NCBI GenBank assembly: GCA_003599415.1
Contig: QZKB01000148.1
Location: 40,181-104,180, forward strand
Source: Ignavibacteriales bacterium
GTDB taxonomy: Bacteria > Bacteroidota > Ignavibacteria > Ignavibacteriales > SURF-24
Length of the DNA: 64,000 nucleotides
Direction: 5' to 3'
Position numbers and translations under genes: made by a program. The first letter of the stretch is position 1. The number at the start of each line of letters is the position of its first letter. The notes under the pieces were generated by a model that saw nothing but the letters and a program-made list of their open reading frames with translations, ran no database searches and was not told where the DNA came from. Positions 48,605-57,362 of the stretch are shown piece by piece.

Positions 48605-50977
48605 TTACTTTATTAAAATCATTTTTTTAGTCTGATTAAATTCCCCTGCTTCCATCTTATAGAAATAAATTCCCGATGACAGATGTTTAGCATTTCCGCC
48701 AGAGGTGGACCCACCTTCGGCGGAAAACTCAACTTCGTAATTACCTGCCGGTTTTTCTTCATTTACAAGTGTTGCAACTTCATTCCCAAGAATGTCATAA
48801 ATCTTTAACGTTACATTTTGTAGAGACGGGGTATACCCCGTCTCAACGTGTGGAACTGCATATTTTATGGTTGTAACCGGGTTAAAAGGATTAGGATAGT
48901 TCTGTTCTAATTTAAATTCAGTTGGAATAACTTTGCTTTTGTCATTTTCTTCAACATCCGTAATTACACCGCCCATGTTAAAATATGGTGTATAAGATTC
49001 AATTAATTTTCTGCCAACGGGTTTTATTTTGTTCCTGTCCATACTGTAAAGGCCCATGCTTTGATAACCTTTCGGATGTCCATGTGAATACCAGTCAAAT
49101 ATACACCACCAGGTAACACCCATTAAGAACCCGCTTGGGTTATAATTGCCCCCACTGTTTATAGGAGCATAAATCTGGAAAGCCTTAAATGTTTCAGAAA
49201 AAACCGTAACTTGTTTGTTAGTATCAGAGTTTGTTTCGGTTGACCAGTAACCAAACTCTGTATCCAATACCGGTTTACCGGGTTGATTCACTTTAGCTCT
49301 TATTAAAAAATTATTTGTACCGGCATAGTAAGTGCTACCATGAAAAACGCCGAAATACATTGTCCATCCTGCAACATCGCAGGCTTTCTGAGAATCATCT
49401 TCAGGACCAGGTCTGTCTGCAGCAGCAGATTGTGTTATCAATCGCCCATCCTTGATTTTTCCGTTTAATTCATTCCACATCTTCTCAATAAAAATTTTTC
49501 TGTTCGGAACATCAAGACACTCGTTACACAGGCTCCACATAATTATGGAAGGTCTGTTCATATCTCTGTAAACCATTTCCTTAAACATCTGTTCGTGTAT
49601 ATGCCTGTCGTTATTTTGTATTTGCCATGCAGTTTCTTCATCAAACCACCACACAGGAATTTCTTCAACAATTGCTATCCCCAACCTGTCTGCTAAAAGA
49701 TAAGTATAAGGATGATTTGGATAATGGGCCGTTCTAAGCATGTTTGCTTTTGTAGCTTTTACAAGTTCAAGATCAGAAAGTATTACTTCTTTAGGAATAC
49801 TTCTTCCGTAAACAGGATGATCTTCATGTCTTGCCACTCCGGTAAAGAAAACAACTTTATTGTTAAGGAGAACTTTATCCCCAGAGCGTTTTATTATGCG
49901 AATTCCGAATTGTGTGTAAAATTCATCGGTTGTGTTTCCATCAACTGAAAGAGTAACTTTCATTATATAAAGATTTGGATCCTGCGGGGACCATAATTCC
50001 GGATTCTCAACTTTTATATTTGTCCGCCATACATTGAATGAATCACTTTCTACTGAAATACTTGTTTGTGTTGGGCCTGTGGTTTGTGCGGCATTACCAA
50101 TTAAATCGTAACCTTTTTCTGCATCAAGATTGAGCGAATCAATATTGGCTTTGAAAATATTAATTGTTACATCAACATTTTTACTTGTGCTGTTTTTATT
50201 CAGAACTGTTATTGTTGTTTCAAGATTACCGGTTTCATCTTTTGTAATTACATCTGCTCTAACAACGGAAACAGGTTCGGCAATTTCAAGATAAACATCA
50301 TGAATAATTCCCGCATAATTAAACCAGTCAACTTCATAGTAGGGAACAATATCTTTCCGTTTTCCCCATTCGGGATTATCAACTCTAACCGCTAAAATAT
50401 TTTGTCCGTCTGATTTTAATATGCCGGAAACATCAAAAGCAAAAGGAGTATAACCACCTTCATGATAGCCTAAATACTGGTCGTTCAGCCACACATCAGC
50501 AACATAGTTAACAGAATAGAAAATCAGTTTGATGAATTTATCGTTAACGGAACTGCCAATATTAAATTTATATCTGTACCAAATACCATCCTCATAATAT
50601 TCTGGTACTTTTGGAAAGGCATACATTGTATTTTCAACACCGGGAATATTTTTATCTTCCCAGCCGCTGTCATTAAAATCAGACTTGTACCTGTTCTGCG
50701 CTTCCGCCAGCAATCCGTTCATTATATTTGAATCTCTTTTGGATAATGAAAGACTGTCGTTAGCATTAAACCTTTGCTTTTTCCATGTTCCCCTTAAAGA
50801 AATTGTAGTTCTGTTTTGTTTTTCAAAAGATGGAACAGGCATGCCATTCTGAAAAGGGATATAAATTCCATTACCTGAATTTAAACCAAATGTTGCTTCC
50901 AAATCAGCAACCTGGGAGCGGATGTTACCTAAAGCGATTAAAATAAAAACAACAATAAGTAAACCTCTTATTCTCAT
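48605..50977 (-). CDS. T9SS-secreted GH2 glycosidase (beta-galactosidase/glucuronidase-like)
   Basis: HEGGYTPF; DWFNYAGI; LWSPQDPNLY; FGIR; GVARHED; RTAHYP; WSLCNE (acid/base); DTEFG (nucleophile); CTD with two peptide insertions. Confidence 0.92.
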   Translation of the reverse strand: MRIRGLLIVVFILIALGNIRSQVADLEATFGLNSGNGIYIPFQNGMPVPSFEKQNRTTISLRGTWKKQRFNANDSLSLSKRDSNIMNGLLAEAQNRYKSDFNDSGWEDKNIPGVENTMYAFPKVPEYYEDGIWYRYKFNIGSSVNDKFIKLIFYSVNYVADVWLNDQYLGYHEGGYTPFAFDVSGILKSDGQNILAVRVDNPEWGKRKDIVPYYEVDWFNYAGIIHDVYLEIAEPVSVVRADVITKDETGNLETTITVLNKNSTSKNVDVTINIFKANIDSLNLDAEKGYDLIGNAAQTTGPTQTSISVESDSFNVWRTNIKVENPELWSPQDPNLYIMKVTLSVDGNTTDEFYTQFGIRIIKRSGDKVLLNNKVVFFTGVARHEDHPVYGRSIPKEVILSDLELVKATKANMLRTAHYPNHPYTYLLADRLGIAIVEEIPVWWFDEETAWQIQNNDRHIHEQMFKEMVYRDMNRPSIIMWSLCNECLDVPNRKIFIEKMWNELNGKIKDGRLITQSAAADRPGPEDDSQKACDVAGWTMYFGVFHGSTYYAGTNNFLIRAKVNQPGKPVLDTEFGYWSTETNSDTNKQVTVFSETFKAFQIYAPINSGGNYNPSGFLMGVTWWCIFDWYSHGHPKGYQSMGLYSMDRNKIKPVGRKLIESYTPYFNMGGVITDVEENDKSKVIPTEFKLEQNYPNPFNPVTTIKYAVPHVETGYTPSLQNVTLKIYDILGNEVATLVNEEKPAGNYEVEFSAEGGSTSGGNAKHLSSGIYFYKMEAGEFNQTKKMILIK
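48693..48726. repeat. Second palindromic element in frame in the GH2 CTD
   Basis: TTTCCGCC-AGAGGTGG-AC-CCACCTTC-GGCGGAAA; encodes the insert SAEGGSTSGG that other CTDs lack. Confidence 0.75.
48820..48847. repeat. 28-bp GTAG-type REP-like palindrome (1 mismatch) in the GH2 CTD
   Basis: GTAGAGACGGGGTATACCCCGTCTCAAC; encodes VETGYTPSL in frame. Confidence 0.85.
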
Positions 50978-51015
50978 AAACCCTCTAAGTTTATTAATGG
51001 CAAATAGAAATTAAC

Positions 51016-51031
51016 GACAATAATAATACCA
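51016..51031 (-). promoter_or_regulatory. Candidate sigma-54 -24/-12 promoter for GH2
   Basis: Minus strand TGGTATTATTATTGTC (GG-N10-GT); about 69 bp from the palindrome pair at 51100. Confidence 0.6.
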
Positions 51032-51099
51032 GAAGAGATACTCTAAAAATCAAGTTTTCCAATCCGGTTAAGTTTTAAAAGGTATAAAGTGAAGGCTCA

Positions 51100-51139
51100 A
51101 TTATTAAACTGATAAGCAAATACTTATTAAAATAATAAG
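51100..51139. promoter_or_regulatory. Tandem 17-bp palindromes, candidate NtrC-type enhancer
   Basis: ATTATTAAACTGATAAG (51100-51116) and CTTATTAAAATAATAAG (51123-51139), 23-bp period. Confidence 0.8.
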
Positions 51140-51236
51140 TAAGCAATATCATCGCTCCACTTGAAGTAAAAACATTTCCGGTTTAAGGAAAATTCCAAAG
51201 AAGAGTAAAAATAAAGTGGAATAGATTCCCTATTGT

Positions 51237-52697
51237 TTATTTTAAGCCAAGTTCTTTCGCCATGCGATAATAGTTTGGGGGTGCAAGACCAAGTTTTTTA
51301 GCAGCTTCAGTATCGGAGGATGAATTCTTCCTTACAAACAAGAAGTACTTTTCGCGTATCATCTTTTCCATTTGCTTTAACGGAAGTATTTCTCCGTTAT
51401 CAGTAAATCTTATTCCGGGAAAGTTATAATCATCAATTGGGTCTGAGTTCGTTAGACCAAGCGTTCTGCTTACAATTTGCGCTGTAATAATTTTTTCATC
51501 GTTGAATAAAAATCTCTGAACAACATTTATAAGTTCTCTTATATTTCCGGGCCAGTTATAGCTTAACAATATTTCCATTGCTCCAACATCTATCTGCGGC
51601 TTTTCACGCCCCATGTCAATGCTCAGTTCATTAAGATAAAAGTTTACAAGTATTGGTATATCGGATTGTCTTTGTTTTAATGAAGGGACGGTTATTGGAA
51701 CAACATTTAACCGGTAGTAAAGGTCTTCCCGGAATCTTTTAGCTTTCACTTCTTCTTCGATGTTCCTGTTTGTAGCCGCTATGATTCTTACATCTACCTT
51801 AATTTTTTCAGTCCGGCCGATTTTTTCTATCTCACCATCCTGAATAACGCGTAACAGTTTTACCTGTGCAGATAAGGGTAGCTCAGTAATTTCATCTAAG
51901 AAAATTGTGCCGTTGTTTGCAATTTCAAATAGTCCCGGCTTTCTTTTATCTGCTCCGGTAAATGCTCCTTTCTCGTAACCGAATAATTCGCTTTCAACCA
52001 ATTCATTCGGCAGGCTTCCGCAGTTTATCGGGATAAAGTTTTCAAATTTCCTGTTACTGTTATAATGAATATTATATGCAACCAGTTCTTTGCCTGTGCC
52101 CGACTCACCGTTAATAAGGATAACAACATTTGACTGGGAATATTTCTTAATATCTTCTCTTAACCTTACAATAACCTGGGATTCACCAACTATTTTGCGT
52201 TGCTGCAAGACATCATGAATGTTTTTTAATAGCTTTTGGTTGGATTTGTTTCTTTCGCGTTCAAGTTTTCCTTTTTCGTAAGCGTTAAAAATGCTAATTA
52301 TAAAATCTGTTGGCTGGTAAATAAACTCTTCAATATCCCCGGGATATTTTGTGCAATACCAAAAGGCGCCGGCTTTAAGAAGTTTATTTGCAAAATTAAA
52401 ATCAGTGATATTTATAGTCATTTTTGTAATAACTATTATTTGAATTGAAGGTCTTATTTCTTTAATCCTTTGGATAAGTTCTTCACCCATAAGACCACCG
52501 GCAATCTGAAAATCCATAATCACTATGTCAAACAGATTATCATCATTATTCAGCAGCTCAATTGCATCTTTTCCATTGGATACAATTCTTGAAATTCCTA
52601 TTATTTCGTTAAATGGAGCAAGCGTATTCCGGACACGTCTTACATCAAATTCTTCATCTTCTATTAATAAAATTTTAATAATTCCGGACTGATACAT
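51237..52697 (-). CDS. Sigma-54-dependent response regulator (REC-AAA+-Fis HTH)
   Basis: LLIEDE; IVIMDFQ; GESGTGKELVA; ESELFGYEKGAFTGA; FLDEI; RIIAATNR; FREDLYYRLNV; WPGNIREL; EAAKKLGL. Confidence 0.95.
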   Translation of the reverse strand: MYQSGIIKILLIEDEEFDVRRVRNTLAPFNEIIGISRIVSNGKDAIELLNNDDNLFDIVIMDFQIAGGLMGEELIQRIKEIRPSIQIIVITKMTINITDFNFANKLLKAGAFWYCTKYPGDIEEFIYQPTDFIISIFNAYEKGKLERERNKSNQKLLKNIHDVLQQRKIVGESQVIVRLREDIKKYSQSNVVILINGESGTGKELVAYNIHYNSNRKFENFIPINCGSLPNELVESELFGYEKGAFTGADKRKPGLFEIANNGTIFLDEITELPLSAQVKLLRVIQDGEIEKIGRTEKIKVDVRIIAATNRNIEEEVKAKRFREDLYYRLNVVPITVPSLKQRQSDIPILVNFYLNELSIDMGREKPQIDVGAMEILLSYNWPGNIRELINVVQRFLFNDEKIITAQIVSRTLGLTNSDPIDDYNFPGIRFTDNGEILPLKQMEKMIREKYFLFVRKNSSSDTEAAKKLGLAPPNYYRMAKELGLK

Positions 52698-52711
52698 CAG
52701 CTTTAATCCTA

Positions 52712-54187
52712 CTAGTTCTTAATTTTGATTGTAAATGTACAACCTTTTTCCTCCATATTCCTAACACTTAATTCCCACCCGCAGCGTTTACTTATTTCGT
52801 ATGCAATGTAGCAGCCGTAGCCTGTATTCTGATTTTCAGACTTTTTACTTGTTATATGTTCATAAAACAATTTTGGTAAGCCATCACTATCTTTTTCAAG
52901 CAGCGCCGGTAAAATACCTTTCCCGTTATCATTTATTTCTATTGTAGATATTTTTTCTTCGGGGAAAAACCTGGTCCGGATTAATATAGTAAGAAAGTTT
53001 TCACCGCCGTGTTCAATGCTGTTTTGAATAAGCGGCTCCATTATTTCCCATATTACAAATTCGTTTACCGGAACAATCGGTATTGATTCATCAAGGTCTA
53101 ATTTTATTTCAAAAGCGTTGGACTTGCGTGATATTCTTAAGAATATATGGTCAACAATAAACTTAATTACTTCATTCAGGTTTGTTTTGAATAATGGATT
53201 CCGTATTGTCTGTATCGGCGGGTCAAACCATTTCATATCATATATAACCCTTGAAATAAAATTGGAGTACTTTGTTACCCGTTCTTTAATTTCCTTTGTG
53301 TTTTCCGGTGTAAGAGTTCGTAAATCTTCTTTTATAAATCCCATCACCTTTTCAGCCTTGTGATGAGTATGATAAATCCGTTTTGTAAAAATTAATTCTT
53401 TTTCGTAATTGAACTGCTTCTTAAGGTTTGTCTCATGTTCTTCGAATAACTGCCTCTGTGCTTCATCCCGCTCCTTTACAGTGTAAGATGAAATGAAATA
53501 CATTGCGAGAAGTCCGAATAAAATAAGCGAAAGATATATTACCGAAGTTTCGTCAAAACTTGAACTGATCTGGTTAGTGATAAAAGAAAAATCGGGAGTG
53601 TTCTTCATATAAATAGCACCGCGGAATTCACCGCGCAGCACAAACGGAACGAAAGTATGGAAAGTTGCTTTCTCGGTTACGCTTGCAATATGCTCTTTGG
53701 AAATTAATTCTTCTCTTAATTTTTTATAGATTGTCATAGCGTTTTTGTGCTGCGATTCTGTCTGAGGTGGGTTGTAGTTGCTGTCAAACAGAAACGAGTA
53801 AAGTACTTTGCCGTCATCAATAGAATATATTTCTTTTCCCCTCTGTACGATAACGCAGATTTCTTCTATGTTATGCTGAAGTACCTGCTGGCTGAATATT
53901 ATGTCGAATGACTGAATGATCCTGTTCGCTTCAGCTTCATCTATCTCTTCCTTAGGATTTATTGTTTCAACAAGAAGTTCCAGCGATGTTGTTGTTAAGT
54001 TTGCAAGACGTTCGGCGGAATCTCTCTGGTACCATTCCTGCGTTTTGCCAAGGAATCCGTTTATTGAAGATTTGTTTATAAATGACAGAACAAGTTGAAA
54101 CGAGAACAGTACTATAAACAAGAGCGTCAGATGCTTGAATTCGAAATGATATTCTCTGAATTTTTCAAGGAATCTTTTTTTTAACAT
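52712..54187 (-). CDS. Membrane sensor histidine kinase with atypical H-box
   Basis: Two TM segments around a periplasmic domain; RIYHTHHKAEK at the H-box position; EPLIQNSIEHG (N), DNGKGI (G1), NTGYGCYIA (G2). Confidence 0.8.
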   Translation of the reverse strand: MLKKRFLEKFREYHFEFKHLTLLFIVLFSFQLVLSFINKSSINGFLGKTQEWYQRDSAERLANLTTTSLELLVETINPKEEIDEAEANRIIQSFDIIFSQQVLQHNIEEICVIVQRGKEIYSIDDGKVLYSFLFDSNYNPPQTESQHKNAMTIYKKLREELISKEHIASVTEKATFHTFVPFVLRGEFRGAIYMKNTPDFSFITNQISSSFDETSVIYLSLILFGLLAMYFISSYTVKERDEAQRQLFEEHETNLKKQFNYEKELIFTKRIYHTHHKAEKVMGFIKEDLRTLTPENTKEIKERVTKYSNFISRVIYDMKWFDPPIQTIRNPLFKTNLNEVIKFIVDHIFLRISRKSNAFEIKLDLDESIPIVPVNEFVIWEIMEPLIQNSIEHGGENFLTILIRTRFFPEEKISTIEINDNGKGILPALLEKDSDGLPKLFYEHITSKKSENQNTGYGCYIAYEISKRCGWELSVRNMEEKGCTFTIKIKN

Positions 54188-54198
54188 ATGGATATCAA

Positions 54199-55503
54199 TT
54201 ATTTAATGGTAATTCGTTCAGCTTCTATTTTGCTGTTTGCTTTTATTAAGGCTTCTTTAACGGGCATTTTTTGTCTGAGTGCGAGATTAAGATAATATGA
54301 AAGTATATCAGAGATGGTTGTGTAGTTTTCAAGGAAAGGTCTGTGATAACCAAGCGTGAACATTTGTTTGAAATATTTCAATTCAGTATGCTTGCCTGTA
54401 AAAACAGAATCATCATAAAGCAGGTTATTAATAGGAAGGAAATTTCCTTCTTCATACAGAATTTTCTGTACATCCTTCTGCATAATGAAATTTAGGAAAG
54501 TAATTGCCTCCGGTACCTTTGTTGAATATTTTGAAATCATCAGGTTCCAGCCGCCAAACACAGACACCTTTTTTCCATCTTTAAAATGAGGCGGAGGTAC
54601 CTTTCCGATTAAGTTTTTATCAATCAGTCTGTTCTTGTCTGGAATCTTATCAAAACTTGACCAATCACGTAAAAAGATACCGTTCTTCTCTACATAATAA
54701 TTGTTTGCAGAACTTTCTCTGAAGCGGACTACATCTTTTGGTGCCATACCATATTCGTTCACCATTGCAACAAGCAGTTTCAAACACTTTTCAGCTTCAG
54801 GAGAATCAATATAAAGTTTATCTTTCTCCGCTATAGGCTTACCAAGACTTGCCATCATTTCCGCAAACAGGCAGATAAAGCCTTCGTAATCATCTCCCGG
54901 AAAAGTGTAGAAAGGATTCTGGGAATTCCCGGATTCTTTATGCAGTTTAATAAAGTCTTCCCAGGTAATAGATTCGTTTAACTTCTTTTGAATAATATTG
55001 TGATTGGGAAGAGTGGCTAATATATCGCTGCGATAGTATAACATAGAAATATCTATATATAACGGGATAGCGACAAGAGAACCATTATAAATGCAGGATT
55101 GTAAGGCGTAACTTAATAAATTTCTTCTGTTAACAGAATCTATAAACTTATCTAATGGAACACTCCACTTAGCAAAACGCGGTACCCAAATCTGGTCAAC
55201 GGCAAAAATATCAATGCGGTCGCTGTTACTCCGCAAATATCTGGCAATCAATTCCTTCCTTTCATTAGTGCTGAACTTGTCAAACGGAGTGTTAATTGCT
55301 TCAACTTCAATTTGCCCGGCGTATTTTTTATTGAACAGGTCAATTATTTTCTGGTGAGCGCTCGAAATATTATCGACAAAATAAAGTTTTTTTACCGATG
55401 AGTTTTGCCTGTTGCTTAGCGGAGAGGAAACATATCCGATAAGTATAAATGCCGTAATGATAACTGTACTTATTATTACATAAAATATTTTTTCAAATTT
55501 CAT
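54199..55503 (-). CDS. Sugar-type extracellular solute-binding protein (family 1/8-like), orphan, membrane-anchored
   Basis: N-terminal hydrophobic anchor; IDIFAVDQIWVPRFA; LVAIPLYIDISMLYYRSDIL; TWEDF; GGWNLMISKYS; no ABC permease or ATPase nearby. Confidence 0.85.
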   Translation of the reverse strand: MKFEKIFYVIISTVIITAFILIGYVSSPLSNRQNSSVKKLYFVDNISSAHQKIIDLFNKKYAGQIEVEAINTPFDKFSTNERKELIARYLRSNSDRIDIFAVDQIWVPRFAKWSVPLDKFIDSVNRRNLLSYALQSCIYNGSLVAIPLYIDISMLYYRSDILATLPNHNIIQKKLNESITWEDFIKLHKESGNSQNPFYTFPGDDYEGFICLFAEMMASLGKPIAEKDKLYIDSPEAEKCLKLLVAMVNEYGMAPKDVVRFRESSANNYYVEKNGIFLRDWSSFDKIPDKNRLIDKNLIGKVPPPHFKDGKKVSVFGGWNLMISKYSTKVPEAITFLNFIMQKDVQKILYEEGNFLPINNLLYDDSVFTGKHTELKYFKQMFTLGYHRPFLENYTTISDILSYYLNLALRQKMPVKEALIKANSKIEAERITIK

Positions 55504-55707
55504 ATGAACAATTTTTTAATTGCAATTTAAAATTACCGGGCTGAATTATTCATATCAGATGCAAATTCTTTTTTTCCCGATGCCGATAATATAGAAAAAT
55601 TTTCTAATTGTCAGTTTAAAAAATTGAGACAGGCATTAAGATCTCCAAAATGTCTGGAAAAGGAAGAAGAAGATTAACTCCATAAATACTTTGATCAAAA
55701 AAAATTA

Positions 55708-55746
55708 CTTATCAATTTAATAAGCATTGCTTATTAAAATAATAAT
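55708..55746. promoter_or_regulatory. Tandem 17-bp palindromes, candidate NtrC-type enhancer
   Basis: CTTATCAATTTAATAAG (55708-55724) and CTTATTAAAATAATAAT (55730-55746), 22-bp period. Confidence 0.8.
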
Positions 55747-55800
55747 TGATGTAAAGATGTAAATTATTTTATATTTTTTTTCTTTAAAAAATTAACTTAC

Positions 55801-55816
55801 TGGTTACTTACTTGCG
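55801..55816 (+). promoter_or_regulatory. Candidate sigma-54 -24/-12 promoter for the GH125-MFS-ROK-GH3 operon
   Basis: TGGTTACTTACTTGCG (GG-N10-GC, TTGC at -12). Confidence 0.65.
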
Positions 55817-55862
55817 GGCATAATATTTGAGTTTTATCCCGCTTAGTTCACAATGGATAATA

Positions 55863-57296
55863 ATGCCCAATAGAAGAGATTTTATCAAGACTTCAGCCCT
55901 TTTGTTTGCCGGTTTAAATTCCTTCGGATTCAGGATGCCCTCCTTTATTTCAATTAATCTTTTTGATAGTAAAAGACCGGGTATTACCGAACGAAATTTT
56001 ATTAGTGATGCAATTGAGGCAAAAATTTCTTCTGTGAAAAATGATATTGCCGATGAAGAATTGGCCTGGATGTTTGAAAATTGTTTTCCAAATACTTTGG
56101 ATACTACAGTTAAGTACCAGGTACTGAATGGAAAACCGGATACTTTTGTTATTACCGGCGATATAAATGCAATGTGGCTAAGAGACTCTTCCGCTCAGGT
56201 TTGGCCTTACCTGCGCCTTATTAATGAAGATAAAAAGCTGAAAGATTTAATTGCGGGTGTAATAAATCGTCAGGCTAAATGTATTTTGATTGATCCATAT
56301 GCAAATGCGTTTAATTTTAGCAACGAAGGCAGCGGCTGGGAAACTGATATAACTAAGATGAAACCGGAACTGCACGAACGTAAATGGGAAATCGATTCTC
56401 TTTGCTACCCGGTTCGTCTGGCACATGGTTACTGGAAACATACTTCCGATGCATCTTGCTTTGATTCCAACTGGCAAAACGCGATGAAGTTAGTTGTTAA
56501 AACCTTCAGGGAGCAGCAAAGAATAAATGATAACGGTCCTTATTCATTTATGAGGAATACAACAGTAGCTTATGATACTGTTCCTCTTCATGGATTTGGA
56601 AATTCAACAAAGAAGATCGGTTTGATTCATTCAATGTTCAGACCATCAGATGATGCGTGCATTTATCCGTATCTTATTCCTTCCAATTTTTTGGCGGCTG
56701 AATCTCTGAAACAACTTGCTGAAATATTCGCTAACGAAAATCTTGATAAAGAATTTGCTGAGGAATGCAGGGAGTTTTCCCAGAAGCTGCATGAGCTTAT
56801 TAATAAATATGCTGTTGATGAACATTTATTTTACGGAAAGATATATGCGTTTGAGATAGATGGCTTCGGAAATAAACTGTTTATGGATGATGCGAACGTT
56901 CCAAATTTACTTTCACTCCCTTACCTTGGAGTAATATCATCTGAAGATGAAATTTATAAGAACACAAGAACTTTTGTTTTAAGCGATGATAATCCTTATT
57001 TCTATAAAGGTAAAGCTGCAGAAGGAATCGGGGGCCCGCACATTGGCCCGGATATGATATGGCCGCTGGGAATTATAATGCGTGCCTTAACAAGTAAAGA
57101 TGATAAAGAAATTCTTTCATGCTTAAAAACATTAAAAGCTACTCATGCCGGAACAGGGTTTATGCATGAGTCGTTTCATAAAGATAATCCTGAAAAGTTT
57201 ACAAGAAAATGGTTTGTATGGGCAAACACTTTATTCGGTGAATTGATTATTAAAATTCATGATGAAAAACCTAATCTGCTTAAAAACAGATTTTAA
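55863..57296 (+). CDS. GH125 exo-alpha-1,6-mannosidase-like protein with Tat signal
   Basis: MPNRRDFIK twin-arginine leader (ATG 55863 preferred over the track's TTG 55827); CFPNTLDTT; TGDINAMWLRDS; ERKWEIDSLC; FRPSDD; MDDANVP; GFMHESF; FTRKWF. Confidence 0.9.
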   Translation: MPNRRDFIKTSALLFAGLNSFGFRMPSFISINLFDSKRPGITERNFISDAIEAKISSVKNDIADEELAWMFENCFPNTLDTTVKYQVLNGKPDTFVITGDINAMWLRDSSAQVWPYLRLINEDKKLKDLIAGVINRQAKCILIDPYANAFNFSNEGSGWETDITKMKPELHERKWEIDSLCYPVRLAHGYWKHTSDASCFDSNWQNAMKLVVKTFREQQRINDNGPYSFMRNTTVAYDTVPLHGFGNSTKKIGLIHSMFRPSDDACIYPYLIPSNFLAAESLKQLAEIFANENLDKEFAEECREFSQKLHELINKYAVDEHLFYGKIYAFEIDGFGNKLFMDDANVPNLLSLPYLGVISSEDEIYKNTRTFVLSDDNPYFYKGKAAEGIGGPHIGPDMIWPLGIIMRALTSKDDKEILSCLKTLKATHAGTGFMHESFHKDNPEKFTRKWFVWANTLFGELIIKIHDEKPNLLKNRF

Positions 57297-57362
57297 ATTT
57301 TGAAGCCCATAAAGTAAAGGGCTGTATTTAGAAAAAATTAAAATATTAATTCGGAGAACTTA

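Noticed and set aside
55827-55862. Track start (TTG) for GH125
   Set aside because: Coincides with the expected TSS of the sigma-54-like promoter; ATG 55863 places the RRDFIK Tat motif at the N-terminus.
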